Shown: positions 37,980 to 46,928 of the stretch, one piece after another
Numbering within the stretch: the stretch's first letter is position 1
Layout of the letters: every line of letters starts with the position of its first letter
DNA from: Actinomycetes bacterium
GTDB taxonomy: Bacteria; Actinomycetota; Actinomycetes; JBBQFP01
NCBI GenBank assembly: GCA_038322045.1
Contig: JBBQFP010000007.1
Location: 21,924-85,923, forward strand
Length of the DNA stretch: 64,000 nt
Reading direction: 5' to 3'
Translations under genes and position numbers: made by a program
The notes under the pieces: model-generated
What the model saw: the letters and a program-made list of their open reading frames with translations, nothing else
Database searches by the model: none
Told to the model about the DNA's origin: nothing

Positions 37980-38646
37980 CGAGGGTCTCCTTCTGCAGCG
38001 AGTCGGTCAGGGGACGGGGGTCGGCGAGCCGGACGGCGACGTCGGCCTGCGCCCCTGGTGGTTCGGCCAGGCAGCTGACGAGGACCGTGACGCCCGATCG
38101 CGCGACCTGCCGCAGCGCCTCCCAGACGAGCCGCCCGGCCTCGGGGTCCAGGCCGGCGTCGACGTCGTCGACGACGAGGACCTCCGGTCGGGTGACGAGC
38201 CCCAGGGCGACGCCGAGGAGGACCCGCTCGCCGGGCCCGAGGTCACGGCAGGGCTGAGCCGGGTCGAGCTCGAGGCCGGCGCGGGCCAGCGCAGGTGCGA
38301 CGCGCTCGGAGCGGCGCACATGGCCCCGCAGCGCGAGCTGCTCGTGGACGAGGTCGCCGACCGAGAGCGTGTCGTCGAGGTCGTTGACGCCGGCGAACAG
38401 CCCGAGGCCGACGAGCCGACCGACGCGGCGCATGTCGGCGGGGAGCCGGTGCGGACCCACCCTCGCCGTACCGCTCGTGGGCCGCATGCGCCCGGCCATG
38501 GTCAGCAGCAGCGAGGAGCGGCCGGAGCCGGCGGGTCCTGTCACCGCGGCGAGGCACGCGGGGGGCACGTCGAGGGCGACGTCGCGGTAGACCCACCCCC
38601 GCGTCGTGAGCAGGCCCAGGTCGGTGGCGGAGACGGCGAGCCCCAT
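37966..38646 (-). CDS. ABC-type ATPase-like protein with degenerate catalytic motifs
   Basis: ORF 37966..38646. Walker A GPAGSGRSS (Lys->Arg), signature LGPGE (not LSGGQ), Walker B LVVDDVDAGLD (Glu->Asp), H-loop position TVLVSC (His->Cys). AAGGA SD. Confidence 0.75.
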   Translation of the reverse strand: MGLAVSATDLGLLTTRGWVYRDVALDVPPACLAAVTGPAGSGRSSLLLTMAGRMRPTSGTARVGPHRLPADMRRVGRLVGLGLFAGVNDLDDTLSVGDLVHEQLALRGHVRRSERVAPALARAGLELDPAQPCRDLGPGERVLLGVALGLVTRPEVLVVDDVDAGLDPEAGRLVWEALRQVARSGVTVLVSCLAEPPGAQADVAVRLADPRPLTDSLQKETLGARR

Positions 38647-38658
38647 GGCAATCCTTTG

Positions 38659-38682
38659 TTTGTACTGACCGGTCAGTACAAA
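38659..38682 (-). promoter_or_regulatory. Perfect 24-bp palindrome TTTGTACTGACC|GGTCAGTACAAA, candidate TetR operator
   Basis: Exact inverted repeat 13-36 nt upstream of the ABC-like ATG. It sits in a locally AT-richer patch. On the minus strand a -35 GTTACG (38708-38703) and -10 TATCTT (38686-38681) are 16 nt apart, and the -10 overlaps the palindrome edge. Confidence 0.6.
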
Positions 38683-38757
38683 GATACACCGAGGCTCAGT
38701 CCCGTAACGCCAGCGGGTGGTGTCCGGCCCGTCGACCGCGCGCCGCCCGGGATCACC

Positions 38758-41220
38758 TCATCCCCGTGCGAAGGCGGTGTGGACGGGCGCGGCCACCGCT
38801 GCCAGCGGCTGCTCGAGAGGGACCCCGGAGCCGTCGCGGCGTCCCTGTGGCGCCGGCAGCGCCACGGGCACCCCGGTCGCAGCGCACGCCATCGCCGGCG
38901 CGGGTCCGGCCCAGGCGAGGCTCAGCGCGTCCTCGCCGCGGAGGAACCGGTGGCACCGCACCCCGGCTGTTGCGCGGCCCTTGGCCGGGTACTCGGAGAA
39001 CGGCGTGACCTTGACCGTCCCGGCATCCGTGCCGGGCAGAGCGCCCGAGGCTCCCGCGATCGTCACGACGACGGCGTCCTGCCCGTGAGCCACGGCGCCG
39101 AAGAAGACGACGCCCGCGCCCTCGGCGAGCTTGATGCCCGCCATGCCGCCGGCGGCTCGACCCTGGGGCCGGACCGCCGGGGCAGGGAAGTGCAGCAGCT
39201 GCGCGTCGCTGCTCACGAGGACGAGCTCCTCGTCGCCGCTCTGCAGTGCCGTCGCGCCGACGACCCGGTCGCCGTCGCGCAGGCCGATGACCTCCCACGA
39301 GTCCTTGTTGGCCGGCACGTCGGGGGTCACCCGCTTGACGACGCCGTAGGCGGTTCCGAGCGCAAGGCCCTCGCCGTCCCCGGTGACCGGCGTGAGGCAC
39401 AGCGCCACCTCGCCCTTGTCGAGGGCGAGGAACTCGCTCAGCGGCGCGCCGCCGGCGAGCGACGGTGTGGCCGCGGTCGGCGGGAGTGCAGGGAGGTCGA
39501 GCGCCCCGAGCCGCACGACGCGCCCGGCGCTCGTGACGACCCCGACGTCGCCGCGCGCCGTCGTGAGCACGGCGGAGAGGACGACGTCGTGCCGGGACCG
39601 CGAGCCGATCGCCTCGGTGAGCTCGCCGGACGTCGTCCGCGCAAGCAGCCCCGTGGCCGAGAGCAAGACGTAGCAGGGGTCGTCGCCGACCTCGAGCGGG
39701 ACCCCCGCAGCGGCTGCTCCGCCGGACTCGAGCAGGACGGTGCGCCGCGGGGTTCCGTGCTCCTTGGCGACCGCCGCCAGCTCGGAGGAGACGAGTGCAC
39801 GGAGCTCGTCGTCGGAGTCGAGGACCGCCTGGAGCTCGGCGATCGTGCGTGCGAGCTCGTCGCGCTCGGTCTCGAGCTCGATGCGGGAGAGCCTCGTGAG
39901 CCTGCGCAACGGGAGGTCGAGGATGTCGTTGGCCTGGGTCTCGGAGAGGTCGAAGACGCTCATGAGCCGGGTGCGTGCCTCGCCCGCGTCCTCCGAGGAC
40001 CGGATGACGGCGATGACCTCGTCGATGTCGAGGATCGCCACGAGCCGGCCCTCGACGAGGTGCAGCCGGTCGGCGGCTCGCCTGAGCCGGAACGCCGTGC
40101 GCCGGCGGACGACCTCGAGCCGGTGGGCGACGTAGACCTCGAGGAGGGTCGTGAGCCCGAGCACCTGGGGCTGACCGTCGACGAGCGCGACGTTGTTGAT
40201 GGAGAACGACTCCTCCATCGGGGTCAGCCGGTAGAGCTCCTCGAGGACCGCCTCGGGGTGGAAGCCGTTCTTGACCTCGATGACGACCCGCAGGCCCTTC
40301 TCGCGGTCGGTGAAGTCGTCGACGGCGGAGATGCCCGCGAGCCGCTTGGCCTTGACCAGGGCCGCGATCTTCTCGATGACCTTCTCGGCCCCCACGCCCC
40401 ACGGCAGCTCGGTGACGACGATCCCGCGCTTGCGCGGCGTCAACGACTCGATGCGCGCGGTGGCCCGGGTGCGGAAGGAGCCACGGCCGGTCTCGTAGGC
40501 CTCGCGCACCCCATCGAGGCCGACGATCTTGGCGCCGGTCGGGAGGTCCGGCCCCGGGACGAAGCGCATGAGCTCGTCGAGCGTCGCCTGCGGGTGGGCC
40601 AGGAGGTGGCGGGCCGCCGCGACGACCTCCCCGAGGTTGTGCGGCGCCATGTTCGTCGCCATGCCGACGGCGATGCCGGAGGCACCGTTGACGAGGAGGT
40701 TGGGGAAGGCCGAGGGGAGCACCCGAGGCTCGCGGTACTGCCCGTCGTAGGACGCGCCGAAGTCGACGACGTCCTCGTCGATCGATGACGTCATGAGCAT
40801 GGCGGGTGCGGCGAGGCGGCACTCGGTGTAGCGCATCGCCGCCGGACCGTCGTCCTGCGACCCGAAGTTCCCGTGCCCGTCGACCATGGGCACCCGCAGC
40901 GAGAACGGCTGGGCCATGCGCACGAGCGCGTCGTAGATCGCGCCATCGCCGTGCGGGTGGAGCTTGCCCATGACCTCGCCGACGACCCGGGCGCTCTTGA
41001 CGTGGCCCCGGTCGGGACGCAGGCCCATCTCGGCCATCTGGTAGAGGATCCGCCGGTGCACCGGCTTGAGGCCGTCGCGGGCGTCGGGCAGCGCTCGGGA
41101 GTAGATGACCGAGTAGGCGTACTCGAGGAAGCTGGCCTGCATCTCCTGCGCGACGTCGATGTCGACGATGCGTTCCGCGACGAACGGGCCCTCGGCAGGG
41201 GGAGCGGTGCGGCGGGCCAC
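38758..41220 (-). CDS. parC: DNA topoisomerase IV subunit A
   Basis: ORF 38758..41220. [60 protein letters not shown] (catalytic Tyr). Near-identical motif order to Streptomyces ParC rather than GyrA. AAGGAG SD. Confidence 0.88.
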   Translation of the reverse strand: MARRTAPPAEGPFVAERIVDIDVAQEMQASFLEYAYSVIYSRALPDARDGLKPVHRRILYQMAEMGLRPDRGHVKSARVVGEVMGKLHPHGDGAIYDALVRMAQPFSLRVPMVDGHGNFGSQDDGPAAMRYTECRLAAPAMLMTSSIDEDVVDFGASYDGQYREPRVLPSAFPNLLVNGASGIAVGMATNMAPHNLGEVVAAARHLLAHPQATLDELMRFVPGPDLPTGAKIVGLDGVREAYETGRGSFRTRATARIESLTPRKRGIVVTELPWGVGAEKVIEKIAALVKAKRLAGISAVDDFTDREKGLRVVIEVKNGFHPEAVLEELYRLTPMEESFSINNVALVDGQPQVLGLTTLLEVYVAHRLEVVRRRTAFRLRRAADRLHLVEGRLVAILDIDEVIAVIRSSEDAGEARTRLMSVFDLSETQANDILDLPLRRLTRLSRIELETERDELARTIAELQAVLDSDDELRALVSSELAAVAKEHGTPRRTVLLESGGAAAAGVPLEVGDDPCYVLLSATGLLARTTSGELTEAIGSRSRHDVVLSAVLTTARGDVGVVTSAGRVVRLGALDLPALPPTAATPSLAGGAPLSEFLALDKGEVALCLTPVTGDGEGLALGTAYGVVKRVTPDVPANKDSWEVIGLRDGDRVVGATALQSGDEELVLVSSDAQLLHFPAPAVRPQGRAAGGMAGIKLAEGAGVVFFGAVAHGQDAVVVTIAGASGALPGTDAGTVKVTPFSEYPAKGRATAGVRCHRFLRGEDALSLAWAGPAPAMACAATGVPVALPAPQGRRDGSGVPLEQPLAAVAAPVHTAFARG

Positions 41221-41298
41221 GGAGGACTCCTTGCTGGACGGACGGGTCGGCTGGCGGCGATTGTCTCAACCGGGACGCCCGCTGCCGTGCGCATCCCC

Positions 41299-41311
41299 TA
41301 GCGTGGCGGCT
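41299..41311 (+). promoter_or_regulatory. -10-like TAGCGT 7 nt upstream of the amidohydrolase GTG (candidate leaderless transcript)
   Basis: TAGCGT at 41299-41304, GTG at 41312, no SD. Confidence 0.25.
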
Positions 41312-42388
41312 GTGGATCACCTTCACCTGCGCGCAGTCCTCCTGCCCGAGGAGGCCGAGCGCGACGTCTGGGTCGTCGGCGGCCGCCTCACGTTCACCCC
41401 TGTCGCGGACGCCGTCACCGTGGCCGGCCGCGGCTTCGCGCTGCCCGGTCTCGTCGACGCGCACTGCCACGTCGGCCTCGACCCGCACGGTCACGTGCCC
41501 GACCTCGCCGGCCAGCGGGCGCACGCGCTGGCCGACCGCGACGCCGGAGCGCTCCTGCTGCGCGACGCCGGGTCGCCGGTCGACAACAGCGCCGTCCAGC
41601 AGGAGGATGACCTGCCCCGGCTCATCCGCGCGGGTCGGCACATCGCTCGGACCCACCGCTACATCCGCGACCTCGGCATCGAGGTCGAGCCCGAGGACCT
41701 CGTCGCCACCGTCGAGGCCCAGGCGCTCCGCGGCGACGGCTGGGTCAAGGTCGTCGGCGACTGGATCGACCGCTCGACGGGCGACCTCGCGCCGCTGTGG
41801 CCCGACGACGTCCTCGTCGCCGCGATCGCCCGGGCCCACGAGCTCGGGGCCCGCGTCGCCTCGCACGTCTTCGGTGAGGACGCCCTTCCGGGGCTCATCG
41901 CCGCGGGCATCGACTCCATCGAGCACGGCACAGGCCTCACCGACGAGCTCATCGCCGCTGCGGGCGCATCCGGGGCCGTCATCGTGCCGACGCTGATCAA
42001 CATCGACAACTTCCCGGGGATAGCCGCTCAGGCGGAGGGCAAGTTCGCCACTTATGCCGCCCACATGCGCGCCCTGCACGCCACGTCGCGGGCCCGGGTT
42101 CTCGCCGCATGGGAGGCCGGGATCCCCATCTACACCGGCACCGACGCGGGTGGCTCGCTGCCGCACGGCCAGCTGCTCCGCGAGGTGGCCGCGCTCGTGG
42201 GTGCCGGGATCCCGCAGGCCGACGTCGTCGCGCAGGCGAGCTGGCGGGCACGCGCGTGGCTGGGCCTGCCCGGCATCGAGGAGGGCGCGCCCGCTGACCT
42301 CGTCGTCTACGACGCCGACCCCCGCACCGACCTCGCCACCCTTGCCGAGCCGGTGCGGATCATCGTCCGGGGCCGCGTCGTCGCCTGA
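41312..42388 (+). CDS. Amidohydrolase family (metal-dependent hydrolase) protein
   Basis: ORF 41159..42388 trimmed to GTG 41312. LPGLVDAHCHVGL (HxH metal site), SHVFGED, IEHGTGL, TGTDAGG. Confidence 0.8.
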   Translation: MDHLHLRAVLLPEEAERDVWVVGGRLTFTPVADAVTVAGRGFALPGLVDAHCHVGLDPHGHVPDLAGQRAHALADRDAGALLLRDAGSPVDNSAVQQEDDLPRLIRAGRHIARTHRYIRDLGIEVEPEDLVATVEAQALRGDGWVKVVGDWIDRSTGDLAPLWPDDVLVAAIARAHELGARVASHVFGEDALPGLIAAGIDSIEHGTGLTDELIAAAGASGAVIVPTLINIDNFPGIAAQAEGKFATYAAHMRALHATSRARVLAAWEAGIPIYTGTDAGGSLPHGQLLREVAALVGAGIPQADVVAQASWRARAWLGLPGIEEGAPADLVVYDADPRTDLATLAEPVRIIVRGRVVA

Positions 42389-42437
42389 GCCGGTCGGGGC
42401 CTGCCGGGGTTGGTCCGCCGCGGGGACGGCTGTTCGC

Positions 42438-42449
42438 TAGCCTCGGGCT
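42438..42449 (+). promoter_or_regulatory. -10-like TAGCCT 6 nt upstream of the Pat-like GTG (candidate leaderless transcript)
   Basis: TAGCCT at 42438-42443, GTG at 42450, no SD. Confidence 0.25.
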
Positions 42450-45122
42450 GTGGAGACCGACGCTCGGCCGTACCCCGCCCACTGGGAGGCCGACGTCGTC
42501 CTGCGCGACGGGGGGACGGCGCACCTGCGCCCGATCCGGCCCGACGATGCCGAGCGCCTCGAGCGGTTCCACTCACGGCTGTCCGAGCAGACGATCTACT
42601 TCCGGTTCTTCGCCCCGTACCCCCGGCTCACGCCGCGCGACGTCACCCGGTTCACGGTCGTCGACCACGTCGACCGCGTCGCGATCATCGCCCTCGTCGG
42701 TGCCGAGATGATCGGTGTCGTCCGGTACGACCGGATCCCCGGACCCGACGGAAAGCCCGGGACGGAGGCCGAGGTCGCCTTCAACATCGAGGACGCCCAC
42801 CAGGGGCGCGGGCTCGGAGCCGTCCTCCTCGAGCACGTGGCCGCCGCGGCGCACGAGCGCGGCATCGAGGGCTTCGTCGCCGAGGTGCTGCCGACGAACC
42901 GCAAGATGATCGCCGTCTTCAAGGACGCCGGGTACAAGCCGAGCCACGACTACGAGGACGGCGTGCTCCACATGGAGTTCGCCATCGAGCAGACCGCCGA
43001 GTCCCTCGCCGTCATGCAGGCGCGCGAGCACCGCGCGGAGGCCGAGTCGATGCTCCGGCTGTTGCGCCCAACCTCGGTGGCCGTCGTCGGGGCGGGGCGC
43101 GCCCGCGACTCCCTCGGCAACCTCCTGCTGCGCGACATCCTCACCGCGGGCTTCACCGGCACCGTCTACGCCGTCAACCCCCGGGCGAGCGAGGTCGAGG
43201 GCGTCCCGTGCTACCCGAGCCTCGCCGAGGTCCCGGGCCCGGTGGACCTCGCCGTCGTCGCGGTGCCCGCCTCGGCGATGGCCGAGGTCGTCGCGGACGC
43301 CGCGAGCCAGGGGGTGCACGGCCTCGTCGTCGCGTCGGCCGGCTTCGCCGAGACCGGCGACGAGGAGGGGCTCGAGCGCCAGCGCACCCTGGTCCGCACG
43401 GCACGACGCGGCGGGATGCGCGTCGTCGGGCCGAGCTCGTTGGGGATCATCAACACCGACCCCGAGATCCGCCTCGGCGCCTCCCTCGCCCCGGGCCTGC
43501 CCCGGCGCGGGCGGGTGGGGTTCTTCTCCCAGTCGGGCGCGCTCGGCATCGCCGTCCTCGAGGCGCTGCAGCGCCGCGGGCTGGGCCTCTCGACGTTCGT
43601 CTCGGCCGGCAACCGCGCCGACGTGAGCGGCAACGACCTCCTCCAGTACTGGGAGGAGGACGACGCCACCGAGGTCGTGCTGCTCTACCTCGAGACCATC
43701 GGCAACCCGCGCAAGTTCTCCCGGCTCTGCCGGCGCATCGGGCGCACGAAGCCGGTCGTCGCCGTGGGCTCGGGTCGCAGCCTGAGGGCCCTGCCTCCCG
43801 GGATCGCCGTCCGCGAGAGCCGGGTGCCAGCCGCTGCCGTCAACGCCGTGTTCGACCAGGCGGGCATCGTGCGGGTCGACACGCTCCACGAGATGCTCGA
43901 CGTTGCCTCGGTCCTCGCCTTCCAGCCGCTGCCCGGTGGCCGACGGGTGGCCATCGTCGGCAACTCCGCCGCCCTGTGCGCCCTGGCCGAGAACGCCTGC
44001 GCCGACGAGCACGTCACCGTCGTCGGTTACCCGGTGGTGATCGACAACGAGGCCAGCGTCGACGACTTCGAACGCGCCCTCACCGCCGTGTTCGCCGAGC
44101 CGGACGTCGACTCCGTCGTCGCTGTGTTCGTCCCGCCGCTCGTCACCCCCGACGAAGCCGTCCGCGAGCTCGTCACCGACACCGCCCGCGGCAGCCAGAA
44201 GACGTGCGTCGCCTCGTTCATCAGCATGGGTGGTGTCCGCCGGCTCTCCGAGGACGCCCCGGCGCCCGATCGCGGGCTCGTCCCGGCCTTCCCCACGCCC
44301 GAGGACGCCGTGCGGGCTCTCGCGGCGGTCACCGAGTACGCGCAGTGGCGTCGTCGGCCGGCCGGCACGGTGCCCGACCTGCTCGACATCGACCGCAGCG
44401 GCGCGCGAGCCAGAGTCGAGCACTTGCTCGCCGAGAACCCGGAGGGCCGCGACCTCACCGCCGCCGAGGCCGCCGACCTGCTGGCCCACTACGGCATCAT
44501 CGTCTGGGCCCGCCACGTCGTCGGCAGCGCTCTGGAGGCGGTGGAGGCCGCGCAACGGGTGGGCTTCCCCGTGGCGCTCAAGGCGACGGCGCCGCACCTG
44601 CGCCACCGCGTCGACCTCGGCAGCGTCCAGCTCGGGCTCGTTGACGCCCGCGCGGTCCGCACCGCTTTCGCCGAGATGGCCGAGCTGTTCGGGCGGGCCG
44701 TGAGCCGTTCGCTCGTCGTCCAGCGGATGGCGCCCCCCGGGGTGTCGGTCATCGTCGCCTCGGAGGAGGACCCGCGGTTCGGCCCGATCGTGTCCTTCGG
44801 CGTCGCGGGCGTCGCCACGGAGCTGCTCGAGGACCGCTCGTTCCGCATCCCGCCGCTGACCGACTCCGACGCCGCGGCGATGGTCCGCGAGGTGCGCGCC
44901 TCGCCGCTGCTCTTCGGCCACCGGGGCGCCGCTCCGGTCGCGCATGCCGCGGTCGAGGAGCTCCTCCTGCGCGTCGCGACGCTGTGTGACGAGCTGCCCG
45001 AGGTCGCCTGCCTCGAGCTCAACTCGGTGCTCGTCTCCGCCTCCGGGCTCGCCGTCCTCGACGTCGACCTGCGCCTGGCCCCGCCGGCGGTCCGCTCCGA
45101 CCTCGGGCCCCGGCGGCTGTGA
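42450..45122 (+). CDS. Bifunctional GNAT acetyltransferase / NDP-forming acyl-CoA synthetase-like protein (Pat-type protein lysine acetyltransferase)
   Basis: ORF 42450..45122. N-terminal GNAT (IEDAHQGRGLGAVLLEHV), then a CoA-binding domain (SVAVVGAGRA...YAVNP), succinyl-CoA-synthetase-like and ATP-grasp regions. Confidence 0.85.
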   Translation: METDARPYPAHWEADVVLRDGGTAHLRPIRPDDAERLERFHSRLSEQTIYFRFFAPYPRLTPRDVTRFTVVDHVDRVAIIALVGAEMIGVVRYDRIPGPDGKPGTEAEVAFNIEDAHQGRGLGAVLLEHVAAAAHERGIEGFVAEVLPTNRKMIAVFKDAGYKPSHDYEDGVLHMEFAIEQTAESLAVMQAREHRAEAESMLRLLRPTSVAVVGAGRARDSLGNLLLRDILTAGFTGTVYAVNPRASEVEGVPCYPSLAEVPGPVDLAVVAVPASAMAEVVADAASQGVHGLVVASAGFAETGDEEGLERQRTLVRTARRGGMRVVGPSSLGIINTDPEIRLGASLAPGLPRRGRVGFFSQSGALGIAVLEALQRRGLGLSTFVSAGNRADVSGNDLLQYWEEDDATEVVLLYLETIGNPRKFSRLCRRIGRTKPVVAVGSGRSLRALPPGIAVRESRVPAAAVNAVFDQAGIVRVDTLHEMLDVASVLAFQPLPGGRRVAIVGNSAALCALAENACADEHVTVVGYPVVIDNEASVDDFERALTAVFAEPDVDSVVAVFVPPLVTPDEAVRELVTDTARGSQKTCVASFISMGGVRRLSEDAPAPDRGLVPAFPTPEDAVRALAAVTEYAQWRRRPAGTVPDLLDIDRSGARARVEHLLAENPEGRDLTAAEAADLLAHYGIIVWARHVVGSALEAVEAAQRVGFPVALKATAPHLRHRVDLGSVQLGLVDARAVRTAFAEMAELFGRAVSRSLVVQRMAPPGVSVIVASEEDPRFGPIVSFGVAGVATELLEDRSFRIPPLTDSDAAAMVREVRASPLLFGHRGAAPVAHAAVEELLLRVATLCDELPEVACLELNSVLVSASGLAVLDVDLRLAPPAVRSDLGPRRL

Positions 45123-45214
45123 GGCCACCGCTCGGCCCGACCCCGCCACCGACGCCGCCCGGCCGGGGCCGCCACGGCGACCGGGCAGCGCGCCGTAGTG
45201 GGAGGATGGCAGCC

Positions 45215-45787
45215 ATGTCGACGACCACGAGCCCGGCCACGCTGCGCGCCGAGATCGAACGCAGCGGCTACTACCCCGCGCTCGTCGGCGAGGCCGTGGA
45301 GCTCGCCCTCGGAGCCGAACCGGTGCTCGGCCACGTCGTCCACCTCGAGACGACGTTCGACGCCGAGGAGATCCGCCGCCACGTCACGGTGCTCGTCCTC
45401 ACGCCCAGCCGGCTCGTCGTCTCCCACACCGACGAGCACGCGCCCGAGGCCGGGTCCCCCGGGGCCGCCTCGACCTCGACCGAGGCCGTCGCGCTCTCCA
45501 CGGTCCGGTCCGTCGTCGTCACCCGGGTCGTCGAGGATCCGGCCCGCCACCGTCCGGGCACCCCGCCCGCCGAGGCCGTGCTCACCGTCGGCTGGGGCGC
45601 GGTCTCGCGGGTCGACCTCGAGCCGGCGTCGTGCTCGGACCCGGCGTGCGAGGCCGACCACGGCTACTCCGGCGCCATCACGGTCGACGACGTCTCGCTG
45701 CGCGTCAGCTCGGCAGCCGAGGGCGCCGACGCCGTAGCGGGCCTCCTGGGCTTCGCCTCCGCACTGTCTGCGGCGACCGGGCGGTGA
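45215..45787 (+). CDS. DUF5998 family protein
   Basis: ORF 45119..45787. ATG 45215 preferred (GGGAGGA SD 8 nt upstream). LRAEIERSGYYPALVGEAVELALG..HLETTFD...LTPSRLVV. Confidence 0.65.
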   Translation: MSTTTSPATLRAEIERSGYYPALVGEAVELALGAEPVLGHVVHLETTFDAEEIRRHVTVLVLTPSRLVVSHTDEHAPEAGSPGAASTSTEAVALSTVRSVVVTRVVEDPARHRPGTPPAEAVLTVGWGAVSRVDLEPASCSDPACEADHGYSGAITVDDVSLRVSSAAEGADAVAGLLGFASALSAATGR

Positions 45788-46926
45788 GGCTGCCTGAGCC
45801 GCCTCGCTACGGTGACGCCTCCCTCGGTGAGCTCGTGCCGTCGCTGCTGGCGGGCCTCGGCGTCGAGGGCGAGGCGAACGCCCTCGACCTGCCCGAGGCC
45901 CGGCGCGTCTGCCTCCTGCTCATCGACGGCCTCGGCGCCGGCGCGCTGCGCAGCCACGCCGACACGGCACCGTTCCTCGCCTCGCTGGGCGGACGACGGA
46001 TCACCTCGGGGTTCCCCAGCACGACAGCCGTGAGCCTGACGAGCCTCGGCACAGGGCTCGCGCCAGGGCAGCACGGGGTCGTCGGCTACCGCACGGCCAA
46101 CCCCGCCGACCCGGGCGGCACCCTGAGCTCCCTGCGCTGGGACGCCTCCAAGGTCGACCCCATGGAGTGGCAGCCGCACATGACGGCCTTCGAGCGCGCA
46201 GTCGAGGCCGGCGTCGCCGTGGCGCTGGCCACGCCCCAGGCCTTCGGCGGCACGGGGCTCACCGTGGCGGGCATGCGAGGCGCCGAGCACCTGCCAGCCG
46301 AGTCCACCGGCGAGCGGATCGCCGCGGCTGCGGCCTGGCTGGGGAGCAGCCCGCTGCCCGCGCTTGCCTACGTCTACCTCGGTGATCTCGACGCCACGGG
46401 GCACCGCAGCGGCTGCCGGTCCCTCGCGTGGCTCGCCGAGCTCGGCCAGCTCGACCAGGCGGCGGAGACCCTGGCGGCGCTCGTCCCCGCGGGCACCGCG
46501 CTCTACGTCACCGCCGACCACGGGATGCTCGACATCGACCCGGCCTCCCGCCTCGACGTCGACCACCCCGACTTCGCCGACCTGCTCGACGGCGTCGAGC
46601 TCTTCACCGGCGAGCCGCGGGCCCGCTACCTCCACACCGCTGCCGGCGCCCGCGACGACGTCGTCGCGGCGTGGCGCGAGACTGTCGGCGCCCGTGGCTG
46701 GGTGCTCAGCCGTGACGAGGCCGAGGCCGCCGGCTGGTTCGGCGACGAGATCGACGCGCGGGTGCGCGAGCGCATCGGCGACGTCGTCGTCGCGGCCGGC
46801 GCCGACCTCGCGGTCGTCGCCTCGGAGCGGGAACCCCGCGAGTCCGCCCTCATCGGCATGCACGGGTCGCTGACCCCCAGCGAGCTGGAGGTCCCGCTGC
46901 TGCACCTCCTGCCCGAGGAGCGCTGA
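45784..46926 (+). CDS. Alkaline phosphatase / nucleotide pyrophosphatase family protein
   Basis: GTG 45784 overlaps the previous stop (GTGA). LLIDGLGAGAL, FPSTTAVSLTSLGTG, DLDATGH, TADHGM. Confidence 0.8.
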   Translation: MRLPEPPRYGDASLGELVPSLLAGLGVEGEANALDLPEARRVCLLLIDGLGAGALRSHADTAPFLASLGGRRITSGFPSTTAVSLTSLGTGLAPGQHGVVGYRTANPADPGGTLSSLRWDASKVDPMEWQPHMTAFERAVEAGVAVALATPQAFGGTGLTVAGMRGAEHLPAESTGERIAAAAAWLGSSPLPALAYVYLGDLDATGHRSGCRSLAWLAELGQLDQAAETLAALVPAGTALYVTADHGMLDIDPASRLDVDHPDFADLLDGVELFTGEPRARYLHTAAGARDDVVAAWRETVGARGWVLSRDEAEAAGWFGDEIDARVRERIGDVVVAAGADLAVVASEREPRESALIGMHGSLTPSELEVPLLHLLPEER

Positions 46927-46928
46927 GC

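Noticed and set aside
38753-42166. 1137-aa minus-strand ORF overlapping parC and the amidohydrolase
   Set aside because: It is out of frame with the unmistakable ParC frame (38758..41220) and antisense to the amidohydrolase. The composition is Arg/Gly/Pro-dominated, so it is a shadow ORF.
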